Counted from the stretch's first letter, positions 12,368 to 38,860 are shown. The stretch: 64,000 nucleotides of DNA from Felis catus (GCF_018350175.1 NC_058381.1:41292001-41356000), one strand, 5' to 3'. The notes: generated from the sequence alone by a model not told the origin. Numbers and translations are program-made.

Positions 12368-13500
12368 ACTAGAGAACAACTTTGGTCTCCATAAAGACAC
12401 CTGTTTATTTTCTGTGGCACGTGGAGCCTTGTCAGGGACTTTCCTTCCCTCCTTCCTGAAATATTTGCCTCCCTGAGTACATGCATATCCATTTCCTTGG
12501 GACATGCCTGTCTATTCCACAGATAGATGTCTGTATGCTTCCTAGAATGTATCTACTCATCCTCTGAGATAGACTTCTCTCAGGGCATATCTGTCTCTCT
12601 AGGGGCATACCTGTTCCCTAGGACATTTTGGGTTTTCACCTGAGATAAGTCTCTGCTCTGTTCCCATGAATGCATTGGTCTTCCCCGGGGATATATCTAT
12701 CCTCCTTTTGGCCCATATTTGCCTTCATGTGTTTTACTAATGTACATCAAGGGCATACTGGTATAAAATACTGTGTATGGCATATTGTGTTGGAAAGATA
12801 AGTTAGGACTTGGTTTCTGCTCTCAATGACTTTCCATCTAGTACGGGAGCTGACATGTGTACCAATCAACAAAAGCAATGGAGTGTGTGATTAGAGTCAC
12901 GAAAGGGATACAAACCAAATGTTATCTAAGTGCAAAAAAAGGAGGGGTCACACCTAGCTGAGGTGTGATCACAGGAGGGTGATTGCAGAGTTTGTACACG
13001 ACTAGGCCTTAGGATGGAGTGCATTTCCCCTAGGGAAGAGAATAGGAAAACAGGTGAATTAGGAAAATATTGTGATAATCCAGGCTTGAGAAAAAGAGGA
13101 CATGGGTCAAAGGAGTGATGAATGGGAAATAGAAAATAAAAAGTAGAAGAAATGATTAAAAACAGGGGAGGGACTTTGGATATGAAGGAGATGAAAGAGA
13201 GGAGAGGTTAGAGCTGATTGAGGCTTTGCATCTGAGTTACTAGGACAATGATGGAAGTAATGGTAGAAAATGGCCATTAGGGAGAGAAGCTGGCATGAAG
13301 AAAGGGATTTACAATATGAGCTAAAAATGGAACAAGCTTTTATGTCCCACAGAGAGTTAGAAATGGGAGGGGTGTTGGTGGTGGAAAGAGATTGGAGCTG
13401 GAAATACAGATTTAGGAATCTTTTGCACAGAAATGTCAAGTGAAACCATGAGAAGGATGAAAGTTCTCAAGACAGAAGATGTATTGAAAAGAAAGCTAAA

Positions 13501-14206
13501 AGGGCACCTGGGTGGCTCAGTCGGTTAAGCTTCCAACTTTGGCTCAGGCTATGAGCTCGAGGTCCATGAGTTCAGGCCCCATGTTGGGCTCTATGCTGAC
13601 AGCTCAGAGCCTAGAGCCTGCTTCAGATTCTGTGTCTCCCTCTCTCTCTGCCCTCCCTCACTCACACTTTGTCTCTCTGTCTCTGTCTCAAAAATGAATA
13701 AACATAAAAAAAGAAAGAAAGAAAAGAAAGCTGAGAGGGCACCTGGGTGGCTCAGTCAGTTGAATGTAGCTCAGGTCATGATCTCATGGCTCATGAGTTT
13801 GAGCTCCAAGTCGGGCTCCGCACTGACAGTGCAGAGCCTGCTTGGGATTCTCTCTCTCCATCTCTGTACCTCCCCTGCTCGCATGGTTCTCTGTCTCTCA
13901 AAATAAATAAAAGAAAAAAAGAAAAGGAAAGGAAAGAAAGCTGAGGTTAGGTTCTTAGGAAATGTGCACACTTATTTTATTTTTTTTAATGTTTATATTT
14001 GAGAGAGAGAGAGGGCGAGTGCAAGTGGGGGAGGGGCAGAGAGAGAGAGGGACACAGAATCAGAAGCCGGCTCCAGGCCCTGAGCTGTCAGCACAGAGCC
14101 TGACACAGGGCTCAAACCTACAAACCGCAAGATCATGACCTGAGCCAAAGTTGGATGCTTAGCTAACTGAGCCACCCAGGTGCCCCATGGAAAATTACAC
14201 ACTTAA
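13501..14206. mobile_element. SINEC cluster: 13501-13730 (+), 13737-13930 (+), 13978-14206 (-)
   Basis: Three SINEC heads, bodies and tails. Confidence 0.88.
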
Positions 14207-15369
14207 AGAATGAGGGGGAAATGAGACAGAAAGATCAGAGAGACAGTAGCAGAACAAGGATAAAGCAGTGCCATGGAAGCAAAGGAGATAGTGCCTTTTG
14301 AAAGAACACTGTCAACAGAATGGTCCATCCATTCATACAACAAATATTTGCTGGGTACTACTGTGGATCAGGAACTGTGCACAATGAAGGGTGAACTTGG
14401 GTGGGGGAAAGGTTAAAGATCGGATAGGAAATTGAGAGGGTGACAGAGTCAAGGAAACTGTACATATTTTCAAGTAGGGATGGCCTATGCATATTTGTCA
14501 ACTAGGGGAGAGGAGCCAGAGGAAAGGAAAAGAGGGTAGATGACACCCAGAGAAGTCCTGGAGGCACTTGGAAAAGAGAGGCAAGAAGATATGCCAAAGG
14601 TTGGCCTTGTAAAGGAAGAGTGACACTTCTTCCTTTGAATCCAAAATGAAGGGGTAAAAGTGGAGAGAAATTCTTGTGGGATGCATTAAGTGTGGTGACA
14701 AAGAGGGACAAAAAGGGAAAGATTAAGAAGTTCACATGTTCGGCCTCAAGTTCACAAAATAGAGAAAGGCATTCTGCAGAAAGAAGGAAGACGGAGACAG
14801 GTGGAATGACTTGACGACCGGAAAAATGTGAAGAGTTACCTGGAGGGATGTGACAGGGAGTCAATAAAAGTGTTGGGCTGCACCGAGAGCCCAGCAGTGA
14901 GGTTAGTCAGGGAATCTGGGGTTCAGCCAGCATGTTCAGACAGAATTGGGTAGTCTAGGCTGGGTAAGGAGTCAAATACGACCACAATGGGTCCGGAGTC
15001 TTGAGACTAGGAAGGTGAGGATGTGAGAGATAGATGGCTGTGGTCCAAAACGGCAGCAGTGAATCATGGAAGCTGACCCATTTCAGCAATAAAAGCTACA
15101 AATATGCTCCCATGGGTGCTGCAGGAGACCAGGGAATGGTGGAGTCGAAGGACACAGTAATTGAGGAGGCTGGGGAATTGTGAGTGAAGTTAAATGCAAC
15201 TAACACGTGTTAACATTAAAAGAAGCCTTAGCAGAGTGAAACAAACTATCAAGCTATGCCGCTTTGGGGGAAGTCACTGCCCATTTCTAGAGCTGAATGA
15301 GACTTCTCTGGGCTCTAAACGGTACGGATTTTTAGGTTCATAGCAAGAGACTGGCAGAGAAGCAAGATA

Positions 15370-15497
15370 CCTTCCGTTGGGCGGCCCTTCTCGGGAAAGG
15401 CCTCCGGAACCTTTCTGCTGTGCTTTTTGCCCGGACGTGCAGAAGCGGAGGCCGGAAGTCCTCTGCCCGGAGGTTCCGGGTTTCCTGGGCTACTACG
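15370..15497 (+). promoter_or_regulatory. VPS25 CpG promoter with tandem ETS (GABP-type) sites
   Basis: CCGGAAGT at 15452-15459 plus several CCGGA/TTCCG repeats just upstream of the ATG. Confidence 0.7.
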
Positions 15498-15550
15498 ATG
15501 GCGATGAGTTTCGAGTGGCCGTGGCAGTATCGCTTCCCGCCCTTCTTTAC
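15498..15550 (+). CDS. VPS25: VPS25 exon 1
   Basis: ATG 15498; MAMSFEWPWQYRFPPFF; donor AC|GTGAGG. Confidence 0.95.
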
Positions 15551-18500
15551 GTGAGGCTCAGACCCCGAGAAGCCCCGCTGTGCCTCCCTCCCCTGCCCCG
15601 GACCCCGGGCTCAGCCCTGATGCTTCAAATGGGGAGGGGGAGAAAGGACCCGGTCGCCACCACCCTTAGTCCCTCACTTTGTCCCCCAGACGCGCCTGCG
15701 TCTGTGCTGCCTCTCGCCCTCTCACGCCCTCTAATTCTGCGCCCCACCCCCTTCACCNNNNNNNNNNNNNNNNNNNNNNNNNNNNNNNNNNNNNNNNNNN
15801 NNNNNNNNNNNNNNNNNNNNNNNNNNNNNNNNNNNNNNNNNNNNNNNNNNNNNNNNNNNNNNNNNNNNNNNNNNNNNNNNNNNNNNNNNNNNNNNNNNNN
15901 NNNNNNNNNNNNNNNNNNNNNNNNNNNNNNNNNNNNNNNNNNNNNNNNNNNNNTGCACTTGCACACATGCCCAGACTTCACACCCCCTTCACCCCAGTAG
16001 GCAGGTTCCCACCCAGACTGGACTTGGGAAGGAGCCATATGTGTAGCTGACTTCCATTTTAGCCCCAACCCCCAATGCAAATGCAGCATCAGACCCTCCA
16101 GTCCTAGGTAGTGATGAATACCCAGGTGTCATTCCGGGCTTAGAATCTCTGACCCAAAGCCAAGTCCCCGGTTTTCCAACCTGAGCCCTTTTGACTCTGA
16201 ATCTCCTGTCCTCTTCTGAGTGAAGCTCAAACTCTGGTACTACCTTAAGTAATTTTCTCCACCCACTCTCCTTCTCCCAGGAAGTAAGGGTCATTTGTTT
16301 TTGCTTCCTGATTCATAGCTAAAATATCTGTGGAGAAAGTCTGAAGGAAGAAGAGGAGACAGATGGTGACAAAAGGGAGTGCCTTTCATTTCTAAAGCTC
16401 TCCTTTTTTTTTTTTTTTTTTTTAATGTTTATTTATTTTTGAGAGTGAGAGGGCACAAGTGGGATAGGGACAGAGAGAAAAAGAGAGACAGAATCCGAAG
16501 CAGGCTCCAGGCTCTGAGCTGTCAGCACAGAACCTAACTCGGGGCTTGAACTCAGGAACTGTGAGATCATGACCTGAGTTGAAGTCCCACCCTTAACCGA
16601 CTGAGCCACCCAGGTGCCCCCATAAAGCTCTTCCTTTTAATTGAACTAGTATCTCTTTACCTTCCTCCCCCCTTTATCCAGGAAGTGCCAATTTATAGCC
16701 TTTTGGGGAATTGCACATATAATTGTGTGGGAGGGAGAGGAAGGGGACAGGTGGTTCTTCGCATGAGACTGGCCTCAAGAGTTTTTATCCCACCTAATTC
16801 ATTCCATCAATGCTGTTCCCTTAACTTTAAACCAGGGAAGCTTCCTGTGGAATCAATCCAGGTTGTATTAGAGGAACTGAGGAAGAAAGGTGGGTTCAGG
16901 TCCTCAGATTTCCTTATTTTTCCTCCTAGTTGGGTTTTCCTGAGGGCAGCTTGGCACAAGTCTTTGCTTTTTTTTTTTTTTATTATTATTTTATTTCTTT
17001 TAACTTTTATTTATTAAGTAATCTCTGTACCCAACATGGGGCTCAAACTCACAACCCCTGAGATCAAGAGTCCCATGCTCTACCAACTGAGCCAGCCACG
17101 TTTCTCTGAGATTTTAGTTTTAAGTAATCTCTCTCACCCAGCATGGGGCTCGAACCCACAACCTCAAGATCAAGAGTCACCCACTCCACTGACTGAGCCA
17201 GCCAGGTGCCCCATGAGTCTTTGCTTTTAACAACTTTCTTTTTCTCTCCCCTGGCTTGGAGCCCATAGTGTTCTATATAGAAGATAGTCCAATTCCCTGG
17301 GTCCTTTTCCCTATTGGTATTCATTATTGAAATCTCTCCATCTGTGTTCTGAGACCTGGAGAAAGGTGGAAGGAGAATTGGTGCCTTGCAGATAATAATA
17401 GTAAAACAATTCTTGGATTTCACTTCCTGAAAGCTGAATCTCTTTCACTCTTTATACATTGGTTTTGCCTTTTGTCCCTTCTTAGCGTAAGATACTCTCA
17501 TAAGTATCTTTTTTGTAGGAAACCTGGAGTGGTTGGATAAGAACAAATCTAGCTTCCTGATCATGTGGCGAAGGCCGGAAGAATGGGGGAAACTCATCTA
17601 TCAGTGGGTGAGACTGTTCTGCCACAGTGACCCATGGCAAAGGAGAATTATATCTGTGTTCAGCAGATACCTAGTGTTCCTAGGTCTGGACTGAGCAAAG
17701 TGGGAAGGGGAAGAAAGAGGAAGTATAGGTCTTCCAGGCAAACCTCTTTCAATGACTCAATTTCCTAGGCTCCATAGAACTTCCCTACCTTTATAGGAGG
17801 CCAGAGGCTATGTGAGGCCATGTTTGGAGAATGCAGTGCTGGGAACCATGAGTACTATTGTTGGCTGGCGTCTCTGGCCACAGAAGATAAATGGGGAAAG
17901 GAAGGGCAAAAAAAAAAAAAAAACAACAACAACCCTGGGGCCCCTCCCCCACTAGGCGCTTTGGGGCTGTCCACAATATGAATGAGACATTCTGAACCAG
18001 TATGGGTGTGGGGACAAACTGTCTTCCCCAAATTCCTAGCCACCACCAGCCCTAAACTTTCCCAAGGGAGAGAAGAGGGGAAGAAGCATCAACAACCTAA
18101 ATATAACAAACACATGCCACCTATTCCTGAACAGGAAAACAAAATGAGAGGTCACTCCTCAGACATGTGAAGGCCTGTGGTTTAGTGGTTCCGTATATGT
18201 GTGTACACGTATAAATATAGCACCTGTAGGGGTTGTGGTTTTTAGGCCACTCCTGCCGAGGTGACAGTGAGCCCTGGTTTGGGAACAGGTATCATTCGTG
18301 GGTCAGATAGGTGGAGTCAGTGAGCTCACCTTCCAGGAGATCCCTGGTCCTTATTCAGTCACTGTTTTCTGTGTCTATAGGTTTCCAGGAGTGGCCAGAA
18401 CAACTCCGTGTTCACTCTCTATGAGCTGACCAATGGGGAAGACACAGAGGATGAGGGTAATGCTTCTCCCTTTCCCTCCAGTTTTGTCATCTGAATCCTC

Positions 18501-19969
18501 CAGTCCTTGTTCAGCTGACATTCAGACTTCCCATCCCTGCCTTTGAATTCCAAATACTACATGATAGAAGGGCTCTTAACCCATGTCCAAGGTTTCCCTA
18601 AGCCACCTGAATTTACATGCAAAATACCCCCAAATTTTGTCAGTGGGATATGTGCATTTTTCTAGGGATAGAGTCCATATTAAAAGATTGTCAAGGGCAT
18701 CTGTGATCCATGAAAAGTTAAGAATTCCTGGTGTAGATAATGAATGAGGAACCGGCGCAGAAGATTAAGCCTGAAATCTCATTCTTTGCTGACGCTGGCT
18801 TTCTTTCACCCTTTATACTTACAGAGGGCTCAAGATTTGTGGGTGTCAGCTGAAGGGATTGGGCCAACACCACCATCCCCACCCTTAGGCCTTTTAAATA
18901 CTTTAGTTTCTAGCCAGGTGAGGATTTATATACTGTTTGATTTTTACATAGTGTAAATATACTCTTAGCTTTTTTATCTCTGACTTCATATTCTGATCCC
19001 AGGATCACCAAAAGTTCCAATCTCAGCTGGGGAGGAAAGGGCAGCTCCCCTTTCTGCCAGGCCCTGGCTGCCGTAACAGAGTTTACAGGTCTTGGCTGTT
19101 CCCCCCTGCCCTACAGGCCTCTGCTTGCTACTCCCACCATTGCCCCATGACTTCAGTGCCACAACCATGCCCAGCCCACCACTCATGCTGGGCAAAACTG
19201 GAGGCTTCCTCAGAAAGCAAGCTCCCTGACTCAAGCCGTAGGCCCCCGCAGGGAGTGAGGTGTGCGAGCCTGTTAGGGCTTGCCACCTGCTTCTCACATC
19301 TCCCTGCAATATCTTGCCATATCTCCAGATATTCAGCTGGCCCTTGGCTCCCAGCCTTGTTCCTTTTAACTAGGAAAGGGCAGATATCTGTGCTGGCCCT
19401 TAACAGTCTCCTGGTCAGAGGTATGGCTATACTTTGTGTTAGGACAGGTGCTCCTAATGGGTACAGGTGTGCAAACTAGGGTCAGTGTCCAGTGTCAAGG
19501 ACCTTGACGTTCCTAGGTTTAATTGTCCCCCACTTTGTGGCCCAAAAGTAGATGGTGTCACTCTCATACATCAGATACTAATGGCACATGGGTGGGGGAT
19601 ACACATGAGGGTTGAGTCCAACAGAAGAACCCAGAAGGGGAAAATAAGTGTGAACTCACATTTTGTGCAGACTCTGGCTTTCTCTCACCCCTTACTCTTA
19701 AGGCGTACCCAGGAAGGATTGGTGGCAGCGGCAGCAGTATAGGTGGTACATGTCTACCCTGGCCTCAAGGGGTCCCAGATTCCAGCTAGACTTCTCCTCA
19801 GGGGCCTTGAGCCCCCAGGAGCCAAGTGTCCCTGACTACCCATCTCTCCCTTCCAGAGTTCCATGGACTGGATGAAGCAACCCTACTCCGGGCTCTGCAG
19901 GCCCTACAGCAGGAGCACAAGGCTGAGATCATCACTGTCAGCGATGGCCGAGGCGTCAAGTTCTTCTAG
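15498..19969 (+). CDS. VPS25: ESCRT-II subunit VPS25; join(15498-15550,[exon 2 inside N-run 15758-15953],16836-16889,17519-17607,18381-18456,19857-19969)
   Basis: MAMSFEWPWQYRFPPFFT...KLPVESIQVVLEELRKK|GNLEWLDKNKSSFLIMWRRPEEWGKLIYQW|VSRSGQNNSVFTLYELTNGEDTEDE|EFHGLDEATLLRALQALQQEHKAEIITVSDGRGVKFF*; a 146-nt exon 2 restores frame and gives 176 aa. Confidence 0.96.
15758..15953 (+). CDS. VPS25: VPS25 exon 2 (hidden in N-run; boundaries not visible)
   Basis: The ~49 codons missing between exons 1 and 3 are found nowhere else; the 196-nt gap can hold them. Confidence 0.6.
16404..17212 (-). mobile_element. SINECs in VPS25 introns: 16404-16620 and two short copies at 17013-17212
   Basis: Reverse-complement SINEC motifs. 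Confidence 0.8.
16836..16889 (+). CDS. VPS25: VPS25 exon 3
   Basis: KLPVESIQVVLEELRKK; donor AAG|GTGGG. Confidence 0.93.
17519..17607 (+). CDS. VPS25: VPS25 exon 4
   Basis: TTTTGTAG|; NLEWLDKNKSSFLIMWRRPEEWGKLIYQW; |GTGAG. Confidence 0.95.
18381..18456 (+). CDS. VPS25: VPS25 exon 5
   Basis: CTATAG|; VSRSGQNNSVFTLYELTNGEDTEDE; |GTAAT. Confidence 0.95.
18565..18735. mobile_element. Probable old hAT-Charlie-type MITE
   Basis: Degenerate terminal inverted repeats (GGGCTCTTAACC ... AGTTAAGAATTCCTG); internal TTTTCTAGGGATAGAGTCCAT resembles Charlie MITEs; subfamily not assigned. Confidence 0.45.
18747..18860 (+). repeat. Diverged direct repeat, copy A (VPS25 intron 5)
   Basis: Aligns without gaps to 19626-19739 at 73/114 identity. 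Confidence 0.8.
19626..19739 (+). repeat. Diverged direct repeat, copy B (VPS25 intron 5)
   Basis: Aligns without gaps to 18747-18860, offset 879 nt. Confidence 0.8.
19857..19969 (+). CDS. VPS25: VPS25 exon 6 (stop)
   Basis: TTCCAG|; FHGLDEATLL...GRGVKFF TAG. Confidence 0.95.
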
Positions 19970-20464
19970 CAGAGACCTGTCTCCTTTTACTTCTTACCTC
20001 CCACCCTTCCAGGGCTTTCAAAAGGAGACAGACCCAGTGACCCCACAGACTGGATCTGTGACTCCACCAGACTCAAAAGGGCTCCAGTCCAGGGATGGGT
20101 TTCCCACTTACCCCACGTTTCTGTCCCTGGGGAAGGGCGAGGCTGAGGCGCCTGGGAGAAAAGATGTGCTTCTCCTTGCCCTACCTCCTCTCCCATCCTA
20201 GACTGTCCCTGAGCCAGGGTCTGTAAACCTATAACTCCACATGTGTTCACACACGTAAGTACATACACACGCCTGCACAAGCTTCTGTCTCTTCCCCTTC
20301 CCACCCCCTTAGCTGCTATTGCCTCCCCTCTCAGGCTGGTGCTGGATCCTTCTTAGGGGATGGGAGAAGCCCTGGCTGCAGGCAGCCTTCCAGGCAACAT
20401 GAAGATAGGAGGCCCAGGAAGGGGCCTGGCAGTGAGAGGCCAGGCCCGACACTGATTTTATGAT

Positions 20465-20470
20465 ATTAAA
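20465..20470 (+). terminator. VPS25 polyadenylation signal (variant)
   Basis: ATTAAA ~500 nt after the stop. Confidence 0.55.
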
Positions 20471-21622
20471 AAGCTCATCCCCACTGCCTCCTGTCGGAAG
20501 TTACTACTGGAATGGGCATAGGGAGGGCTGTGAAGTATTGCCCCCTGAGTGAATCCCAGCCTAGGAGAGGGTAGAGGAGGCCTATGGCCTTTGTAAATGA
20601 AAAGGTGCCCCCGTGCTGGCAGGCTCCAGGGGGCCTGTGGTTTTACATCTGCTGGGTGGGCTGTGTGGGGGAGTGCTGATGGAACACAGCTTGGGGACAG
20701 ACTGCTTTCTGAATTGGAGTAACTTCATGGCTTCCCCTTCTCCCCCATGAAAGTCCTGAACTGCTCTGAAGCCCCTCCCTCCATCCCACTGGTCCGGGGT
20801 GGGGTAGTTGAGGCCAAGGGGAGCTGAAGGGGTGTAAACCGGATATGGACTTTGGTTTATTGGGAACTTGGGCAAACAGAAGGAGGAGGAAGGAGAGCCC
20901 ACAGAGCAAAAACAGCTACTGTGGCCAGGCTAGGCTGCGGCCAAGGTAGGAAGGCGGAGGGGATGGGTGACCGGGTCCTTGGCTTGGGGGAGGGACTTGT
21001 CCTGGGGTGCACACACCCATCCCTGTGCAGCCCAGAGGGTCAGCGGCTTGGGAGAAAACCAGACCTTTCCATTGACCTCTGTATTGTCGGCCTGGGGCTA
21101 CTCCGGACGAACAGGGGGGGGTGGCGCTACCTTATCTGGGGCTTGCAGGCGGGTGGTAACCTTCCCTTAACCACCCCTCTCTCCCCCCCACGCTTCTAGG
21201 GCCGGAGGGCCGCTGTCACGTTTCCTCTCCCAACCCCAGCATCGTGCCTCCCCCAGCTACCCCCGCCCCCCGACAGGTTTGCTCACTCTTAGTGCGGGAG
21301 GACACACGGCCGCCTCGCACCCGGTCGACTTCGGAATGAGCCTCCGGGCGGTGCACCGGGAGGCGAGGGAGAGGAGGGCCTGCGGCCGGGGGCGGGGCGG
21401 CCGAGGTGAGGGGCTGCGCACCCGATTCCGCGCGGCTGGCCGCTCCGAGGGGGCCGCCCTGGGGGGATGAGGGCGGGGCCGGGGGCGGGGCTGCAGGACG
21501 GTCGAGCCGGGACTGGGGCCCCTGTAGCTCAGCCCGAGCGCTGCGCACCCAGCCAGTCCGCCTGTCAGACCGCCTCCTCTCCAGCCGCCCGGCTTGCTGC
21601 CCTGCGGCGCCGGCCCTTCCTC

Positions 21623-36845
<15,223 letters not shown>

Positions 36846-37191
36846 ATTCAGAACAGAAGCCATGTGTCTCTCCCATACCAGGGCCCATGATGGAGTTCCT
36901 GCTCTCAGAATCTGCTGACCAACACAGCTCTGCAAGGAGACCCCAGTACTGAGGAAGTAGAAGGCCAAAGGGGCATGGAGAGTGCTGCTCCATTAGAGAG
37001 AAGAGCCAAACACAGGGAATGATTTACTGTGTAGAAGGTGTCAATTCTGCAGCCTACCATCCTCATTCCTCCACCTCCCCAGCCAAAGGTCAACCACTAA
37101 GCAATTCCACTCAAGCCCTAATGCTTCTAGAGAGCACACTCCCAGCTGAACAAGTGTAGGGGGTGTACTCACATAGAATTGGCAACAGTCA

Positions 37192-37197
37192 ATTAAA
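37192..37197 (+). terminator. WNK4 polyadenylation signal (variant)
   Basis: ATTAAA ~350 nt after the stop, followed by GU-rich sequence (TCTGTTGTGTCTT). Confidence 0.55.
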
Positions 37198-37796
37198 ATG
37201 CCAAAAACTAGGAATCTGTGATTCTGACTCTGTTGTGTCTTAAGAACTGGGAGTAAAGGCTTGTGGGGTAAGGCAGGGGAAAATTTAGAAGGGACTCTCC
37301 TCACAATGGGAGCAAGGCTAGAAGCTGCCCTGCTTTCTGGCTTCCTGCCAACAGTTCATGAGGAAACTGCAAGATCAACCAATGATGCACTTGACCAAGC
37401 TAAGATCTCATCTAGACCCCACCTTAGGCCTACAAAGCAAGGTCCAAGTGGAAATTAAAAGAATTTTAATTCCCTCATCTTTCATCTACACCTCTCAGAA
37501 TGGGTAAAGGCAGGAAAGTTGGGAGTAAGGGTGTATTGTTTTTAAGGGTAGAGGACAAAAGAGTGACCTTCCCTCCCTGGAGACACAGTTTGGTCTCACA
37601 CAGCCCAGTGACCTACCATGATCTCTCCCTTAAATCAGATGGAAACATCTCATGGAAAAAAGTAATTCTAGTTAAACATTTACAGCTCCCTGGGGCAATG
37701 CCACTGCTGCAGCTACTGCTTGTGGAGCTTTCCAGCATGGTCATGCCATCCCTCAGCCTCAACACACTCATCTTGGCTCCAAGAGAGGTGACTCAG

Positions 37797-37802
37797 TTTA
37801 TT
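37797..37802 (-). terminator. COA3 polyadenylation signal
   Basis: TTTATT on + = AATAAA on -, ~390 nt downstream of the COA3 stop. Confidence 0.65.
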
Positions 37803-38194
37803 ATTCTCAACCTAACCCCATCTTTTCCACTTTAGGTTCCAACACCACACAGAGCTGCCACCCCACCCCTATAACAGCTAAGCCCCTGGGAGGTGGAGAA
37901 GGTAAACCACAAAGTTAGAAAGACCGAGAAAAGCCAAGGTCAAGGTTGTACAACTCTCAAATAAGGAAACATACTATAAGAAGGGCTCAGTGACTGGACA
38001 CAGTGAGCATGAAGTGGCCAATATTCCCTTGACCAGGCCAAACGCAATAAATCCCTGGCTTCTTGGGCTCATTCATCGTCCAAGGTTGAGGCCAGCAATG
38101 CTGTGTGCAGGCTTTGATTTCCACAGGGTCATGGGGCATCATCCACCATGTGAAGGGGCTCCAGCAGGTTGGAGATGCATAGTGCCCATCTGGT

Positions 38195-38301
38195 TCAGGG
38201 TCCCGATGCCCTCTCCATGGCTCGGGCCCGGGCAGCTTTGGCCTCGTCCTCCAGCTCATCTAGGAAACGCTCCTGGGACACGGAGTAGAAGGTGTAACCA
38301 T
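38195..38301 (-). CDS. COA3: COA3 exon 2
   Basis: TTCCCCAG|AT GGT TAC ACC...; stop TGA 38197-38195. Confidence 0.94.
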
Positions 38302-38860
38302 CTGGGGAAGTGAGTTCAGGAAACCACTTGGAGTATGCACATTGCCTTCTCCTAGCCTTGTTCCACCACCCTTGTTATTCTCTCACCCTCCCAAATCAGT
38401 GATTGGATCTTCTGCCCTCTGCTTTTCTGAGCCTTGATTATTCCGTTATTATTGACAAAGCATATTAAAAGAGCATCTTACAGTGACAAAGTAAGGTACA
38501 TTAAACGCTTGGGTCAGCATCAGGAATGGCCAAGACTTTCACAGCTCTGGCTCTTTTTACCACCCCCACACTACCTAGTACTCGCCACTGTTCCCCTGTC
38601 CCTGCCCCCATATGCCGTCTCCTGAGCCTACAGTTCGAACGGATACAAATAGCTAACACCAGGGCCCCGATGCCCAGGCCGGTCACGATGTTCCGGGTCC
38701 GCCGCTGTGGTAGAGTCTTCTGCCACTGGGCGAGCTGCACCTGCCGCATGTACTGCAGCTGCGCGGGAGTCAGCTTCTCTCGAGTTGGGTCGATGCGCTG
38801 AGCCACGGGGGCCTTTCCACTCTTAGCATCGAGAGAATCACCAGCTCCTGGCGCCGCCAT
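38195..38860 (-). CDS. COA3: Cytochrome c oxidase assembly factor 3; complement(join(38195-38301,38647-38860)), 106 aa
   Basis: [31 protein letters not shown]...[16 protein letters not shown]|[35 protein letters not shown]; 321 nt. Confidence 0.96.
38647..38860 (-). CDS. COA3: COA3 exon 1
   Basis: ATG at 38860; donor T|GTATCCGTT. Confidence 0.94.

Noticed and set aside
17411-17460. Partial match (GCTG..TCTTTCAC.CTTTATAC) to repeat copy A of VPS25 intron 5
   Set aside because: Only ~28 nt of pyrimidine-rich similarity and it does not extend without gaps; worth retesting with a profile search but not claimed as a third copy.
18740-18856. Possible C/D-box snoRNA (TGAATGA ... CTGA, 9-bp stem GCTGACGCT/GGTGTCAGC)
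   Set aside because: C box is non-canonical, there is no terminal stem, and neither boxes nor stem are preserved in copy B.
19369-19392. TRKGQISV peptide similarity to copy B (TQKGKISV)
   Set aside because: 16/24 nt then collapses; compatible with chance.
19863-20201. 112-aa ORF overlapping VPS25 exon 6 in another frame
   Set aside because: Internal out-of-frame ATG running into the 3'UTR; no recognisable domain.
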